From Vicugna vicugna (taxonomy: Eukaryota): a stretch of DNA of 64,000 bases. The translations under genes were made by a program, and so were the position numbers. The notes beneath the pieces are model-generated. The model was given only the letters and a program-made list of their open reading frames with translations, was not told the DNA's origin and made no database searches. Shown piece by piece: positions 12,028 to 25,924 of the stretch. Numbering within the stretch: position 1 is the first letter of the stretch; each line of letters starts with the position of its first letter. The stretch is from positions 1,774,167-1,838,166 of the forward strand of contig MU058451.1 of assembly GCA_013265495.1 (NCBI GenBank), given 5' to 3'.

Positions 12028-14329
12028 AGTTAAGTTCCACTTGGAGCCATAAACACCCAGAGTTGTTTAGTTTTATTCTTCAAAATTTTACAGCAATTTA
12101 ACCATAGGTAGTTTAATCACCTCAGAATTGTCTCCTTTTTAAATACCATGTGGTACAATTAACATATATCTACACCATCTATTTGCTTTGTAATTTGTTT
12201 CAGTTTCACTAAAACCAAAAGTCCTACAAGAATGGAGGTATCTTCCTGAGAAGGTTCCTCTTAGTCCTCCTTTCCTGTTGCTTCTATTTTTTTTGCTCTC
12301 CTCTGAGGGAACACTAGAATCAGAACGAAGCTAATACCAGTGAGCAAAGGGGCAAAGTTACTTCTTTTAAAAGAAAAGCTCACTTTTCACCATGGTAACC
12401 AGACTATCATATGACACACACACCACATGACCCATGAAACATGAACCCTTTCAGAAATACATTTCTACCCGCGCATAATGAGCTTTCCTGTTAGCGTAGC
12501 AAGGACTGGAATAAGGTGACACTTTACGTTTATTTGGGTCAAGTGATTCCTTTGCTATCTTGTAATATTTTTCTTGCAGTTTTCAAGAGGCAACACTAGC
12601 ATTTCATTTTCTTAAAATGCTTAATGAAACTGAGCCATATGCTGTGAACACAAGATAAAGAGACTCCACCGAGTGCTAGAAACGGTGCTTTCCCATTTCC
12701 TTTGAGTGTAGGGACCGAGAAAAAACCCTGAGATTTTTGTCTTCCTTCTGCCTCTCAGGATGTGTATAGGATGTGTATTTGTAGCTGCCTACGTACTCAA
12801 GCAAAAACAAAAACAAAAGTTAAAAATCACAGCTGAGCATAGCGTGCCCATAACCACTGCTCTTTCTTTTCATTATGGTAGCTAAAACCTTTGGTTTTGC
12901 TTCAAATGTATGATGTTTGAGAAAGGACTAATAAAGAAAAGGAAGAGGGAAACCTTTCAAAAGTATGTATCACATCTTGGGACGAGTAAAAATGAAAATG
13001 TTTCACTCAGCTTTTAAATATCCTTTTGCCCTTTTTGCTTGGAAGCACCTTTTGTTCAGTGAACTCTTTGCAGTTGACGTCTTTGGAAATCTCTTCTAAC
13101 CATAGTACTTCCTCAGTCCACTTACCCATAAAGTGCTCAGGCACTTTATATCCAATCGATCTAGTTCCGTAGGCATTCAGAAACTTAGTAGGTCCCTGAA
13201 GACTCTGAGTAGCTTCAGATATGATGACTCAGATAAGCACAGATTTCTATAGCCAGATACTGATCTGTTCCCTGTAGCGCATCCAGTGGGATATTAGTGG
13301 TTTTGGAGCCAAAAGTTTTCTTTACAAATATATAAATCAACCTATAATATATTGAATCTGGAACTGAGCTGGAAGTTGATACGCATGTAGAACAAGCTTC
13401 TTTCAAAGCTTACTTGGAAATATAATGGAAATTGAATATTTTTCCTTCTATGAAAGTGGCAATTATTTATTCTAGTAAACCTAATGGCAAAGCCATAAAA
13501 TCTTGTCATATGTTTAGCCATCAGTGAAGAAAAAGTCGAGTTGTATTTCTATTTCTTAATCCAATTCCTCTTCCCCCTCAAATTTTCCTATTTGCATAGA
13601 CTTGAATTCACAAGATTTTAAGGAGAGGATGCAAGGAAGGTAAGATTCTTATACACAATGGAAAAAATTCAATGACGGGCACTTAGACCAGACTATCAGT
13701 GGACTGAAAATCAGAGTCATATTTCCTTTAACTTTGGCTCCCTTGCAGGTACTGTGGAGCTTAGTAGACACTCAATAGATACTTGGTGAAATAAAATTAT
13801 TTTGGTTTTTTTTTTATGTAAAGCTTTTTCCATTGTAATGTTAACCTTTTGAATTATAAGAATAGTATCACTGAGAATAATCTTACATAAGCTTATGTAA
13901 CTAAGAACTAGATAATCTCTTAAAATGAATATTTAGCTACATCAAAGTATACATCCAAAACTTAAAGCATAAGAAATTTACATTTTGGCTTTAGAGATCC
14001 ACATTATTATTGAATTATGCTATGTCCATCTGCTCAAGTACTGGATATATTTAGGCGCTAGTGAGCCAAAATGAAAGATTCAATGGATTATTCATCTGCT
14101 TCATGCTCTGATACATGGAAACCTTCTGATTTGTAAATTTTGCCCCAAATTCATCTTCCCTCTTTGTTTCACTATAAGGAAGTTATGACATGCATACTTG
14201 GGTTGAGAATGACTTTGTGATTTTTTTCTTCACTCTATAACAGAGAAAATGGAGTTCATAGTAAGTGAGTGCTTGCATTGTTGCTGAATTTGAGAATGAC
14301 TTTTCTTTTTCTAACACTAATGTTGCAAA

Positions 14330-14351
14330 ATTTATATATATATATATAAAT
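14330..14351. repeat. (TA)n microsatellite/palindrome
   Basis: atttatatatatatatataaat. Confidence 0.85.
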
Positions 14352-14429
14352 GTAATGTATATACATGATTTATATATACACAAATTGAATGTAAGTGGTT
14401 CATTTCTGGATGCCAGGTCTACCTAAAAT

Positions 14430-14795
14430 TGTGGTAGTCATTAGGGCTGTTTACAAATATTTCTTTCAAATGATCCATGGCTATCTGACTTGCAATGGCC
14501 ATTGAAATATGAATGTTGAAGTGGGTTTCACTTCTGGGCAGACGCTTTAAGATTCAGTGTGCACTTCGCACATTTATCCTGTCTTGGTGAATATGAAGGT
14601 GTGTATTGAGATGGGTCTTACATCATTTAGGTTCTCTCAGAGACTCTGTTAAGTAGAATACCCTCAAGGTCCATGTTAGTCCCGTGCAATAAGAATGGGA
14701 GACTTTTATGTATTAAACGTCTGAGATTTTGGTGTTTGGGTTTTTGTTTGGTTTTGTTATAGCAGCATATCCTAACATACTAAGGCTAAAATACC
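14430..14795 (+). mobile_element. MaLR solo LTR (MLT1I/J-like)
   Basis: Starts tgtggtagtca; cacttctgggcagacgctttaaga; ends ctgagattttgg...ttgttatagcagcata...ctaaaatac. Confidence 0.75.
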
Positions 14796-16959
14796 CATCA
14801 GGTCATTTTTGTTTTGTACCACTGAAGAAAAATCCAAGTATCTGATATAAGAATTTATAAGAGAATCTGAGGGGATAAAAATATAGAGTTTTAACATTTG
14901 AGCTACTTTGAAATTTATAGACTTTTATTTTAAGCTTCTTTTGTAAAGTTGTCAGAAGAGAAGACAACATGTAAAACGGAGTTTTCTTTGATCACATTGA
15001 GTATTTGGCATGCTTGATCGATGGGGGTTGTAATTTAAATTAGAAAATAACGGCTACTATATTTAGAATTCATGGTTGTTTGTAGACATCTTTTAAAGTT
15101 TGTATAATTTTTACATTTAGATGGATATGCTTAGCCCTAAATATCTATATGGAGAGAAGCACTTCAAAGTGCAAAACACTGTAAAAGAAATATGACTTAC
15201 GGGAAGAGTTTCATTAAATTCTTTAATGATGTTCTCAGTGCAAACTGGTTTTGTTTGGGGGGAAGTACAGATGTGCTGGATCTTGTTCTTGGCTATGGAA
15301 AAGGTGAAAGAAAGTGGCTCTGGGGTCTTTAGTGACTGAAGAGAAAGATGTTGAAAATTCAGTTCAGTAGGAGAAAAGATAGGTAAAGAACATGCCACTT
15401 GTGAGGTGGGTGTTAGGAAAATCAGGTTAACTGCTTTCCTCTCCTGTTTCTATTTAAGTTCCTGGGCACCTCCAGGGAAATGGTTGAGAACTGATGTGGG
15501 GTCAGGACTAAGCCACTGATGTCTTTCTCACCTTGATGGTGTGAGATGTGGAACCACCGAGGATAGGGACCATTTCTGGGTCTGAGTGAATTTCCAATAA
15601 CCTGTTCCTGATCTGGAGCCATAATCTGTTACCATGGCTGAATAGATTTTGTGGTGATCAATTATGAAGACCATTGTTACAGCATCTAAAATGGTTGAAT
15701 CTGCTGGGTTATGGATAATTTCATGAATATTGAATGAGCCACAGTCTGCCAAATTGGCTTTGCTCTGTTTATAGGACTCACAGAAAGCAAATGGGAACTT
15801 GGCCTTGTTAATTTTTTTTTCAGAGTGAAGGGAAAAGAAAACCTCTACATAGAATGTTAGTTAGTCACCGAGTCTCAGTGAAGGCTGTTTCACTTAGCTC
15901 TGCTCAACAGCAACTAATTGAACAAGATATTATGCTAGACACCTTTAGGGGATAGAAGGATGAGTAAAAGTAGCCTCAATTTCAAGGAATTTAGAATCTA
16001 ACAGGAAGTTATAATCTAGTTATATGTTGCATCTTGATATTGCTTATGACTCAGCACTATTGATATTTATGAGAGCCTTCAAAAATTTGAAAATGGAAAT
16101 AAGAAGGTAGAACATGTTCCTTATTATTAAAATTTTAAAGTATTTTCAATTTGAAAAAAGTTAAAAATTTAACTCTACAACAAGGGGCAAAGCAATTTGC
16201 CCCCTCATCCCTGCTACCCACCGTCATTCAAAGGCTTGTCCACCACGTTCTCTGGTCCAGATCCCTGAGAATACGTCTTCCAAACCAAATACAATCAGGC
16301 AGAAAATCTTTTGCACTGCTCTGGCTTGTGATGAGTAGTCTTGGAGATATGGCTGAAGATGCCTGAAGTGACATCTCAGGTCGATTCTGACGGTTTTGGA
16401 AACAAGGAAGTAGGGTATTTGATTTTGGTGGCTAGAGGCTAGACTTCCTTTGGTAATGGTCGAAGTTTCGAGATGAATGTGTCAGCAGAAAAGCGATGCA
16501 AATTTCAGCAAGCAGTATGCTCTTTAATACAGTGGCACTTTTCTTTACCTGGGGGTCATCAACTCAGCAAGTCCAGCTAAGGAAGCACAGGTAGTAACAG
16601 AGTCCAGGGGCCCTCGATCCCAGTCCTTCATACTACTTCTGAAAGTCCACTCAGCCAGTTTGCTTACTCTTTTTAAAAAGTTGAAAGAAATTAAAGCATT
16701 TGAGTAAATAGTTTTATGTAGTATAGCAGGCTGGAAGCAGCAAATTAGGTTAGAAAGTTTTCCTCAGTCTACTCACATTAGTTGACAAACACCTGGACAA
16801 CAGAGGAGAAAGAAAAACTGTGAAAAGCTGATGCCAAGACAGCAAGCTCAGCAACCCGGGACCGTGTAGTGGAGGGGAATTGGTCTCCGTTCAGCATCCC
16901 TGAGGTGCTGCCACTTTGCAGACGGTAGTGCAGCCTGATCCTGCCGCTGTCCTGGGGGA

Positions 16960-17630
16960 AGCATCAGCCTCTTCCCATCAGCATCCACCCTGCACTCCTT
17001 CGCGGAGCCCTTCGCATGCTGGCCCTGGCTTCCCCTGGCCACCACCATTCCTGCCACTCTGCTCCAGCCCTTGAACTCCTTCACATGATCAGCCTCAAAT
17101 GGATCATGTATCTCTCTTGTCTCTGGACCTCCTGGTTTCTTCTTCCTGAAGTCCTTCTTGCTACTTTCTACTCATACTTTAATTCTCACCCATGTCACTG
17201 ATGCTCCTGGAATGAGTTAAGTGGCCCTGCCATGTGGCCTTCCCATAGCATCCTGTGTTTCCTGTATGCCATGCTACGTTATAATGTAACAGCCTGTTTA
17301 GTGGTCTTGAGTGGGACTTGGCCAACTGTGGCCCGTGGACCAAATCCAGATCCCGCCTACTTCTGTAAATAAAATTTTATTGGAACTCAGCCATGCTTAT
17401 TTCTATGACTCCTTTCACACTCTAGTGGCAGAGCTGAGTAACTGAGACAGATACTTTGGTGTGCCACAAAACAAAACAAAAAATTTACTATCTGGGCTTA
17501 TACAGAAAAAATTTGCTGACTCTTGGTCTCAAGAACAGGCAGCATGTCTACCTTATTCACCTTTGAATCTCTCGTATTTGGCACAGTGTTTGCATAAAGT
17601 AGATGTTCTGTATATTTTGAAGGAACTAGT
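16960..17630 (+). mobile_element. L2 3' region interrupted by MER58A
   Basis: ctctgctccagcccttgaactccttcac... before the insertion and caagaacaggcagcatgtctaccttattcacc...tggcacagtg after it. Confidence 0.6.
17312..17525. mobile_element. MER58A DNA transposon
   Basis: aactgtggcccgtggaccaaatcc...tgtaaataaaattttattggaactcagcc...tttactatctggg...tacagaaaaaatttgctgac. Confidence 0.85.
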
Positions 17631-17664
17631 TAAACGTAAATACCAGAAGAGTGACCAAGGAAAG

Positions 17665-17900
17665 ATGAAGATAATTATTTGGCAGCTTCCGCGCACTAGG
17701 TGCTGTCCTAGGTGCTGTACGTGTGCGCTCATGTAATCCTCACAGAAACCCTGTGAAGTGGGGGTTAGTATATCCAGTTTTCAATTGAGATGCTGAAGTT
17801 AAGGATGGATGAATGATTTCCTTAAGTGATACAAAGTAAGTAAAAATGGATTACCTGGGGTTTGAACTTAGACTTCCCCTGTAGTAAGGAGCTCTGTCTA
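17665..17900 (-). mobile_element. MIR SINE
   Basis: ctcatgtaatcctcacagaaaccctgtgaagtggg...ggggtttgaactta. Confidence 0.7.
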
Positions 17901-17914
17901 ACACGGAGAGACTA

Positions 17915-18197
17915 GCTAGCATTCCATGGAGTGAAGAGCCCGGTTTCGCTCCTGACTCCACCACTTACAAGTTTCATGACCAGGAACAGGAAGTCACTGA
18001 ATTGCTCTGTGCTTTATTGTCCACAACTGTAACAAGTTATTTAACCCCTCTGGCCTTTGTCTCTGCAGCTAGTAAGTGCGAAGATTTCAGCATCTCATTT
18101 GAATGTTGTGAAGTTTAAATGAGATATTATGCACAAGGTGCTTTGAGGTTTTTGGCATATCGGAAGCACTCAAGACATGTTAATCTTTGTTATTACA
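17915..18197 (+). mobile_element. MIR SINE with duplicated core segment
   Basis: cctgactccaccacttac, acaagttatttaacccctctg, ttgtgaagtttaaatgagata, gaagcactcaa. Confidence 0.7.
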
Positions 18198-20438
18198 TAA
18201 AGGTGCCTCAGAATCATTGCTCATAGCTCGGAATTCTCAAGAAATTCCATTCTATTTGTAACTTACGTTTACCTAATATCAATGTTGCCTTGTGTTCTGT
18301 ATTCTCTATAAAGGTAAGGGAGCGGTTCAAGATACAGCTTATTAAAAGTAATACAAAGTATTATATCCTATTTTCTGTGTTGGGCTAAAGAAATCATCTG
18401 CTTTTGCTATTGCATTAACTGTGCCTGCTTTTTGGAATTTTCCAAACGTCAAATACATGGTGTCAAAATGAGATGTGCAGATCAGCGTGTGGTTTCCCTC
18501 CTAAGGATCTTCTGCTGATGCTACTTCCTGTGCTGTTGGCCCCACCATCATAGGAGCATTGTGATGCGGCCAGCTTGTTCGCATTTTCACGTTGCCTGAA
18601 GCTGGCATGTTTTCCTTTTTTATAAATGACAATATCAAACTACTGCATAAAAACCACAGAAGTCTAAAATCTATTTACAGTTTGGGATTTTTTTTTTTAG
18701 TTCCTTGCCCGTGCAATGTAAAAATTGGCTTTATAGTCTTTCTTCATACCTGTCCCAGCTTCTTGAGAATTAAATCTTACAAAGAGACTATTTTCTTCAT
18801 ATCACTTTTAGAAAAATTTTATTGGACAAATCAGCCCTAATGATATAGTTAAGATCATTTGTTCTGGCCTCATATGAGAATATTAAGGTCATGAAACCCA
18901 GGGTTCTAGAACTCAGCCGTAACTTTGCCAGCCAGTAGTTCCCAACTCATAAACACTAAAAACAAAGATGATATATCCTAGTTACAATGAATTATGTGTT
19001 TGAGTCTTAAAACTGTGTTACTACCTATAAAGAAATAGTATCAGCATATCCATTAATTATCCTTACATGTTTTAGTTGACATTTTAGCATTTCATTAAAC
19101 ATTCTCTTAATCATAAATATAACTCTCAATAAGAGTTGACGAACTTGAATTTCACCATTTATGTCAATTACTTTGGCCTTATTTATGCTGGCAAAGGATT
19201 ATCTTTAATCAGCATTCCCCCCCCCCCACAAAATGATCCTAAAGATAAAGCTGTGAAAATTAAGTTGTTAATATTCATTTTAATGGAGAGCATGATAAAT
19301 ATGATTATTAAACCTCTATCAATTAGCATTTTGCCTCCCATGACTTAGAGAAAGGGGAGAATTGTGAGTCATGAGTTTACAAAAGAAGTCATGGACCTTT
19401 CAGCAAACAGTAATGTAGGAAGATGTGGCTATAAACTTTCTTAGCTTCTTTTTAGTGGTGATACCGACATGACAAATTAAACTTCTGTAGGTTAAAGATC
19501 TAACCACTTTTGTATGGAGTTAAGGATCCAATCCTGCATTGATTTTTAGATAGTGATTTGACTCGTTATAACTTGATTGATGACTTAGCTTCCACTGGTA
19601 AGTGTTTAAGGGCAAACACTCAGGCATGCTACTGAATACTGAATATGACTATTATCCTAGCAGGGTAAATTTTAACAGTTGAAATAGATGCTAATGTAGT
19701 TTCTTGACCTAAGTGGCTTGAAATGCCAGGTCAGTGCAGGACATGCTAGCGTAAAGACACTTTGTTGAAAATATCAGCAGAGCAGTACTTCAGTGACCCT
19801 AAAAGATGTGGGAAGACAACTAATGAGAACAAGGAGTCATGAACTGAAGCTCCACGAACATCCACACATTTGCAGACAGATTTCACGTTGCTTAGGTCCT
19901 CAGAATTGCAATCGAGTTTGGTCAGCAATCAAGTAGATGAAGGCTTGTGCTTTTCCAGACATGCTCTATTTTTGTTCACTCCATGTGTGTGGGCAGAAGC
20001 CCTGGAAAAGCTTTGTTATCATTCCTGAAATGCAGAATGTTCTATTTAGCTTAGAAGCTCTATTCTTTGTACTAATCACTGATATTAGGCAGCTCCAGCC
20101 GTTTTTAAAACGATTAAAAGAGAATGAACCTTGGCATTTAAGTCTCAGTAACTGAGTGATCTGTCATGGTTGTACCCAACTAAATATGAGGGAAAGTAGC
20201 CTCAATGTTGTTTTCATTTCTTTCCTTCCCTTGAGTTGCATCACACAATAAGCAGAATTTTTCTCACTTGCATAGACTACTGAATCACTACCAGAATACT
20301 TAATACCCTACTGACTTTTAATCAAAGGAGGGATGTACATTTCAAACTTATTTTAATTTGTCACTCTTAATAATATTTGTTCACTTAGCTTTCCGTAACA
20401 TCTGTGTGAGAGATTAAATAAGTCATGCCATCTCATTC

Positions 20439-20949
20439 TGTGGCTGGGTTCCAGTTACCGCTTCCAAACTGTCCCAAACCGTAGTGGCTTTAGCAACAAC
20501 CGTTTTACTCTGACTTGCAGTTCCGTGGTTTGGGAATGCAGCCGGGACACACCTTGGTAGGTCTTCAGTGTCACGCAGCATAATCGACTGAGGTCACTTG
20601 GTAGAATTCAGCTGGCAGCTGGCTGGTCCTTGCTCACAAGCCTGGCGCCTTCGTGGGAGCAGCTGGAAGGACGGGCTCCCAGAGGCTCCCTTCCTTCTCC
20701 ATGTGCCCTTCCGGCCTTTCCTCACGATCTCCCCAATAGGATTGTCAGAATTCTTATGTGGCAATTCCAGTTTCCCAGAGTGAGTCTTCCAAGAAGCCCA
20801 GGTAGGAGTGTCCAAGCTTCTAATGACTTAGCTCCAGACGTCCCAGTACGTCACGGAGCCCACCCTAAACCAAGGAGAGGAGGATAAACATTGCCCTACT
20901 CTACACAGAAGGGTGTCAAAGAATTCGTGGGCATCTTTACCCCACCACA
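20439..20949 (-). mobile_element. MaLR solo LTR (MLT1H-like)
   Basis: tagtggctttagcaacaacc, attcagctggcagctggctgg, aagcttctaatgacttagctccagacgtcccag; ends aaagaattcgtgggcatctttaccccaccaca. Confidence 0.8.
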
Positions 20950-21059
20950 GGTGGGTTAGTCAATTTCGTTTTCTCTGTGGTTAAGCACACCAAACAAAGC
21001 CTGCAGGCTAGTCACTGACTATAAAGCGTTATCTCCTTTAAACCTAACGTGTAGTCCAT

Positions 21060-21590
21060 CCTTCTCTTACTCCCTTCAGCCAATCAAATTATTATCTTGA
21101 GTTTGACCCCTGGAATTTAGCCTCTGAGCATCTCTTGTATAGTCTCCTAACTAGTATCCCCAAATGATCGTACAAAAGCACACGTGTGTTGTGTCATTTC
21201 TAATTAATGGCCCCAAGTGGCCTATAAGCCAGAATCCAGATGCCTTAGTCTGACACACATTATTTGTTCTCAGTCTTCTTTTTAACCATAGCCTGCACCA
21301 CTCCCTTCCCAACTCTGCCATACACGTGCACTCCTCACCACATCCCAGAGTGCTCTGGCCAAGCTGTTCCCAAACACGGCGTGCCCCTGCATGGCTATGT
21401 GCCTTCCTTAGCAGTTCTCTCCTCCTTGAATACAATCCATTCCCCCATATCCACGTACTGAAAGTGGGTGGTCTGTTCATCTTTCAAGGTTCCGTTCAAA
21501 TGTCACCTGCCCTGCTCTCCCACAACATGGTGCTTGTACCACCAGGGCAAAAGCGGGTTGTGCTTTTGCTGATAGTCATCGCATGTGTGT
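21060..21590 (+). mobile_element. L2 fragment
   Basis: CT-rich; atctttcaaggttccgttcaaatgtcacct-type L2 motif. Confidence 0.55.
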
Positions 21591-21604
21591 TGGAGAGGTA
21601 CCCA

Positions 21605-22280
21605 GAACACAGTGGTCGCAAGCATAGACTCTGAGCTGGAGGGAATCCCAGTTTCACAACTTACTAGCTGTACTAGGTTGAATGGTGTCCTCTCAAAATT
21701 CACATCCTTCTGGAACTTGAGAATGTGACCTTAGACATAGGGTTGTTTTGCAGATGTAATTAGTTAAGATGAGGTCATTCTGGAGTAAGTTGGGCCTTCA
21801 TCCGATATGACTCGTGTCCTTATACGAAGAGGAGACACAGAGACAAACATGAGAGACACAGCGAGCACCCCATGTGACCATGCAGGCTGAGACTGGAGTA
21901 ATACATCTACAAGACAAGAAATGCCAAGGATTGTAGTAACCCAGGAAGCTAGGAGAAGGACATGGAGTGTATTCTCCCCTAGAACTTGTCCCCACTGGCA
22001 CCTTGATTTCAGACTTACAGCCTCCAGAACTGTGAGAGAATCTGTACTTGTTGTTTGAAGTCACTTGGTTTGCGCTCCTTTGGACGGCTACCCTAGGAAA
22101 TTAACACTCTACCAGTGTGACCTCAAGTCACATATCCTCTCTCTCTACCTCGACTTCCTCATCTTTAAAATGGTCTTAATAATGAATTTTAATAGATTTT
22201 TTGTGTGAATTCAATGAATCAAGAGGTGGTAACTGCTTAAAATACCACCTACATACAATAAGTGCTCCATTCTCTAAGCT
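21605..22280 (+). mobile_element. MIR SINE split by the MLT1C insertion
   Basis: gaatcccagtttcacaacttactagc | LTR | tgtgacctcaagtc...cttcctcatctttaaaatgg...ataagtgctc. Confidence 0.7.
21669..22108 (+). mobile_element. MaLR solo LTR (MLT1C-like) with 5-bp TSD
   Basis: tgtactaggttgaatggtgtcc...gcagatgtaattagttaagatgaggtca...cagcctccagaactgtgagagaat...gctaccctaggaaattaacact; TSD ctagc/ctacc. Confidence 0.9.
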
Positions 22281-23849
22281 ATTTTTAATGTGTATGTGTG
22301 TGTCTTCCACTAGGATGGAGAGCATGTTTTGTTTGTTTTTTATGCCTTATTTTGAGAAGCAGTGTGACGTTACAAAAAGAGTCAATGCTCAGAAAAATAA
22401 CAAACCTTGCTTTCAGTTTCAAGACGTGTTATTTAAGCCACTGTGTGATTTTTGAGCCTCAGTCTTCTCATCTGTAAACTGAGGCAAATGATCCTGATTT
22501 TGCTGGGTTGTTGTGGGAATAAGAATTTCTATATGTCTTACATATAATAGGTCTTCAGATAATGAGAGAGCATGTACTTTTCCCCAAAATCACCTGGCAA
22601 AGAGCCATGAACATACTAATTACTCAGAAATGTCTTTCAATTGGATGTATTAATTAATCCCTCAGTACCTGTTTCAATGAATATTTCTGGCAATTAATTC
22701 TGTATTTTTCCCTGAAGTATTTTGTGGTTTTGAATTTTGTGTCCTTTCACTCAGATTCCAAAGGTCATGCCTCTCAGGGATTAGCATGCTGAGTAAAAGC
22801 ACATGATTTTTTAAAAATGCATCTTTCATTATTTTATGAACTAGCCATCAATCACACCTTTCCCTGTGTTTTGTGAAGGAAGAGGTAATGGTTTTAACAT
22901 CTTTGACAAGCTTTCTGTGGCTGCATCTTGATGCCAGGTTGTTTTCTCTTGTTCTCATGACTTTATTGACCGTCTCGCTTAGAATATTTTATTTTGTTCC
23001 TGTTGTGCTGTCACTTTTGAGACAGCCAGTCAGCCAAAGTGTGGTTCACCATAGTGTGTGCCACTCACATTTGCAATAAGAAAGTATTTGCAGCACAAGG
23101 CTGGGAGGTAAAGTTAATAGAAGGAGGCTGTAAAAAGTCGCTTGGGGGAAATGTCAGGAAGAAATGGAATGCCCCATCACTTCGCTGCCATGCTTGTTAG
23201 CAAGCCTGACACAGCACAGCTGGGACGTGGTGGTAGCAGCAGTGCCCACACGGTCACCTCGCTCATAGGCAGCTGGCTGGTGTCTCAGCTACACTGGGGC
23301 CCAGCACAAGACATCATTAGGAGTTTTGTGGTGGTGACAGCTTTTGGTTTTGTTCTTTGGGCCCATTTGTGTCATTACTACAAATCTGGAAACATGAAGA
23401 CTTTAAACTATGGGGAACACTATTGCATAGCCTTAAAGAAATTTCTTAGAGGAAGGGAACTATATTTCAAGTGAATCCCATGTGGTCCTATTAGAACAGC
23501 TTGTAAGTCATTACTAACAAAAAGAATGTCTTTCAACAGTTTCATGTTATATACAGACACTAAGAGAGATGTGTTAAGTAGAGTATTTTTTAATGCTTTG
23601 AAAACTACTTCCAGAAGATTGTGGAAAAGTCTTTATGTCGCACAAACTAATTTACCTGCAGACCAATTTCATTGGAAAGAAGTACTCCAAATGAATCTTT
23701 TTTCCAATTTCAACTTGTCTCTGTCAAGATGTGTGTCTCAATAATGATGGCAAGTGAGCATAAAATTATAGACAAGGTAGGAATTAAATGGAATTTATTT
23801 TTATAGGAATATAAAAATCATAATTTTTAAGACTAGCTTTTCAATAGAA

Positions 23850-24545
23850 ACTATAGAGATGTCATATCTTTAATATCTCAAAACAACGAAAGGAACATTA
23901 ATCCAACAATTGAAAAAAAGACAAAACATTTGAAGAAAATTTACAAATTAACCAATGTAGTACCAAAGAAATATAAATTGAAATAACCTAATTTTCAAAT
24001 TGTACAATTTCAAAGATCAAAAAAAAAAAAAAGAAGAAAGAAAGAAGCCTTAATTCTGGTGCAACAAGACAGGACCCCTAGAATAGGTAAAAATTGTTAT
24101 CATTTTCTGGAAGACAATTTGGCAGAACAGTTGGTTCACATCATTGACTCTGCAGTTTTAATTCTAGGAATTGGTCCTGAGGAATAATAAGAAATTCTCA
24201 GTATTAGGTATAAATACTTCTTTCACAGAATTATTATAATAGGAAGAAACTAAAAATAATTATAGAGGAATTACTCAGTATTAGTGACAAATCCATGGAC
24301 TCATATGCACTGTTGATGAATATTTAATGATACATGAACATACTCATAATCCAAGTAAAAAAAACTACAGAATTGTAGATGAAATACTATATATCATTGT
24401 ATAGAATTTATAATGTCTTTAAAGATAGGGAAGGAAACACATCAAAATGTTATGGTTATTTGTGAATGGTGGGATAATGGTGATGTATTATTTTATTATT
24501 ATTTATCATACTAATTATTAATTACTACTTTATAATCAAAAACAA
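23850..24545 (+). mobile_element. Old L1 (L1ME-like) 3' region
   Basis: tttctggaagacaatttggca, attctaggaatt, ggaaggaaacacatcaaaatgtta...ggtgggataatggtgat and an A-rich end. Confidence 0.7.
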
Positions 24546-25924
24546 GTGGAACATTAATTTTTTATCACAGAGGCATCTAGAGAGAGGCTCTCAGCTCCAT
24601 AGTCCCTATGGATTTGGCCCTTTATGAGGCTGTAGACTGGTCAGTTTGCATGAAGGTCTGATAAACCATGGAGGAGAGGTTATGAATAAACCATCAGGGA
24701 TGCTCTCCATGGAGCAGAGAGGCAAACAGATAGATGTGAATGTCCACAGTGTAACTGCTGCAACCTGTGATCCCAGGTGATGAAGTAACTCTCCCTAAGG
24801 TGGAGCAAGTTGAGGTGGAAAAGCGTATCCAAGATGAGAGCTGCGTTCTGGGTTCCAAGACATCATTGCTGGGCTGGATGTAGAGAGAGCTGTGATTGGT
24901 GTCTGGGAGAGCAGGCCTGAGGGACCAGTCTTGGGGACTGAGATGGGGTCATACAGCCAAGAGTTCAGTTTTGGCTACAGAAGAGACCAGGGCAAAATCT
25001 ATTCTAGAATGATGGACTGTCCTTGGTGTTGATGGAGGGAGAGAAGGTAAGTAACAGGGTAACTGCCTCAACCTCTGACTGGCCTTTCCTGGGTTCCTTT
25101 ATGGGTTCCTTCCAACAGAGTATTTGGGGCAGCAGGGGTAGTGGTAATGCTCACAAGGTGATAAGTGACACTGTCACAAGCGTCAAAGACAGCCAGAGGA
25201 ACAGCGGCCGTTAGAGTTAGGAGGGTAGAGTTTGAAGAACATGGATGGGAGCCAACGCAGAGGCTCCTGAGAAGCAGAAGGAAGGAAGGTAGACTTCATA
25301 AAGTAGAAGGGACTGTCATTTCAAGAATATTGCAAGGCACTCCAAGGACCCCTTGTTTCCAAATGCAGCGATTTAGGGAGAGAGGTGAAGGGTTGGAATC
25401 TGCCCAGTGTATCTACCATTGGAGACTGAGCTAGAGAATTTAATTGTGTTGCTGTTAGAGTGACTTGTTCTTTATTACTGTATTCCTAGGCTGGTGTGTC
25501 CTGGCAAAAATATTGAAGTGTAAGAATGATGAGGATAAAACACTTAAATCTCTGTGTCTAATAGTAATATAATGAGCAAAAAAATATGATTTTGTGATTC
25601 ATATTTTATGATATGTTTAGAAAATGATCAATTTTTTTTAAATCCTTAGAGATAGCTATAGAAAATTCACCTTCAGGAAGTTTTGTCACTTCCACATTGC
25701 ATAATTGGTCTTAGGAAAAAAGTTTATAAATTAGAAAAGATCCGTAGATACATTTCATATAGGAATGAAGTAGCACATTTGAATACAAACATGAAATCCT
25801 ACAAATAAAATTGAATTTGTCAAATCTGTTTTAAAGTTCATGTATTTATTTATAAAATTAAAATTACAATTATGAAAGAAAAGTGACTTATTTAGACCGG
25901 GTCAGTAAATGAAAAGGCAGAAAT

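Noticed and set aside
15531..15764. Minus-strand open frame bounded by aaacag| and AAG|gtgaga
   Set aside because: Poor polypyrimidine tract, random-looking peptide, no CpG or homology support
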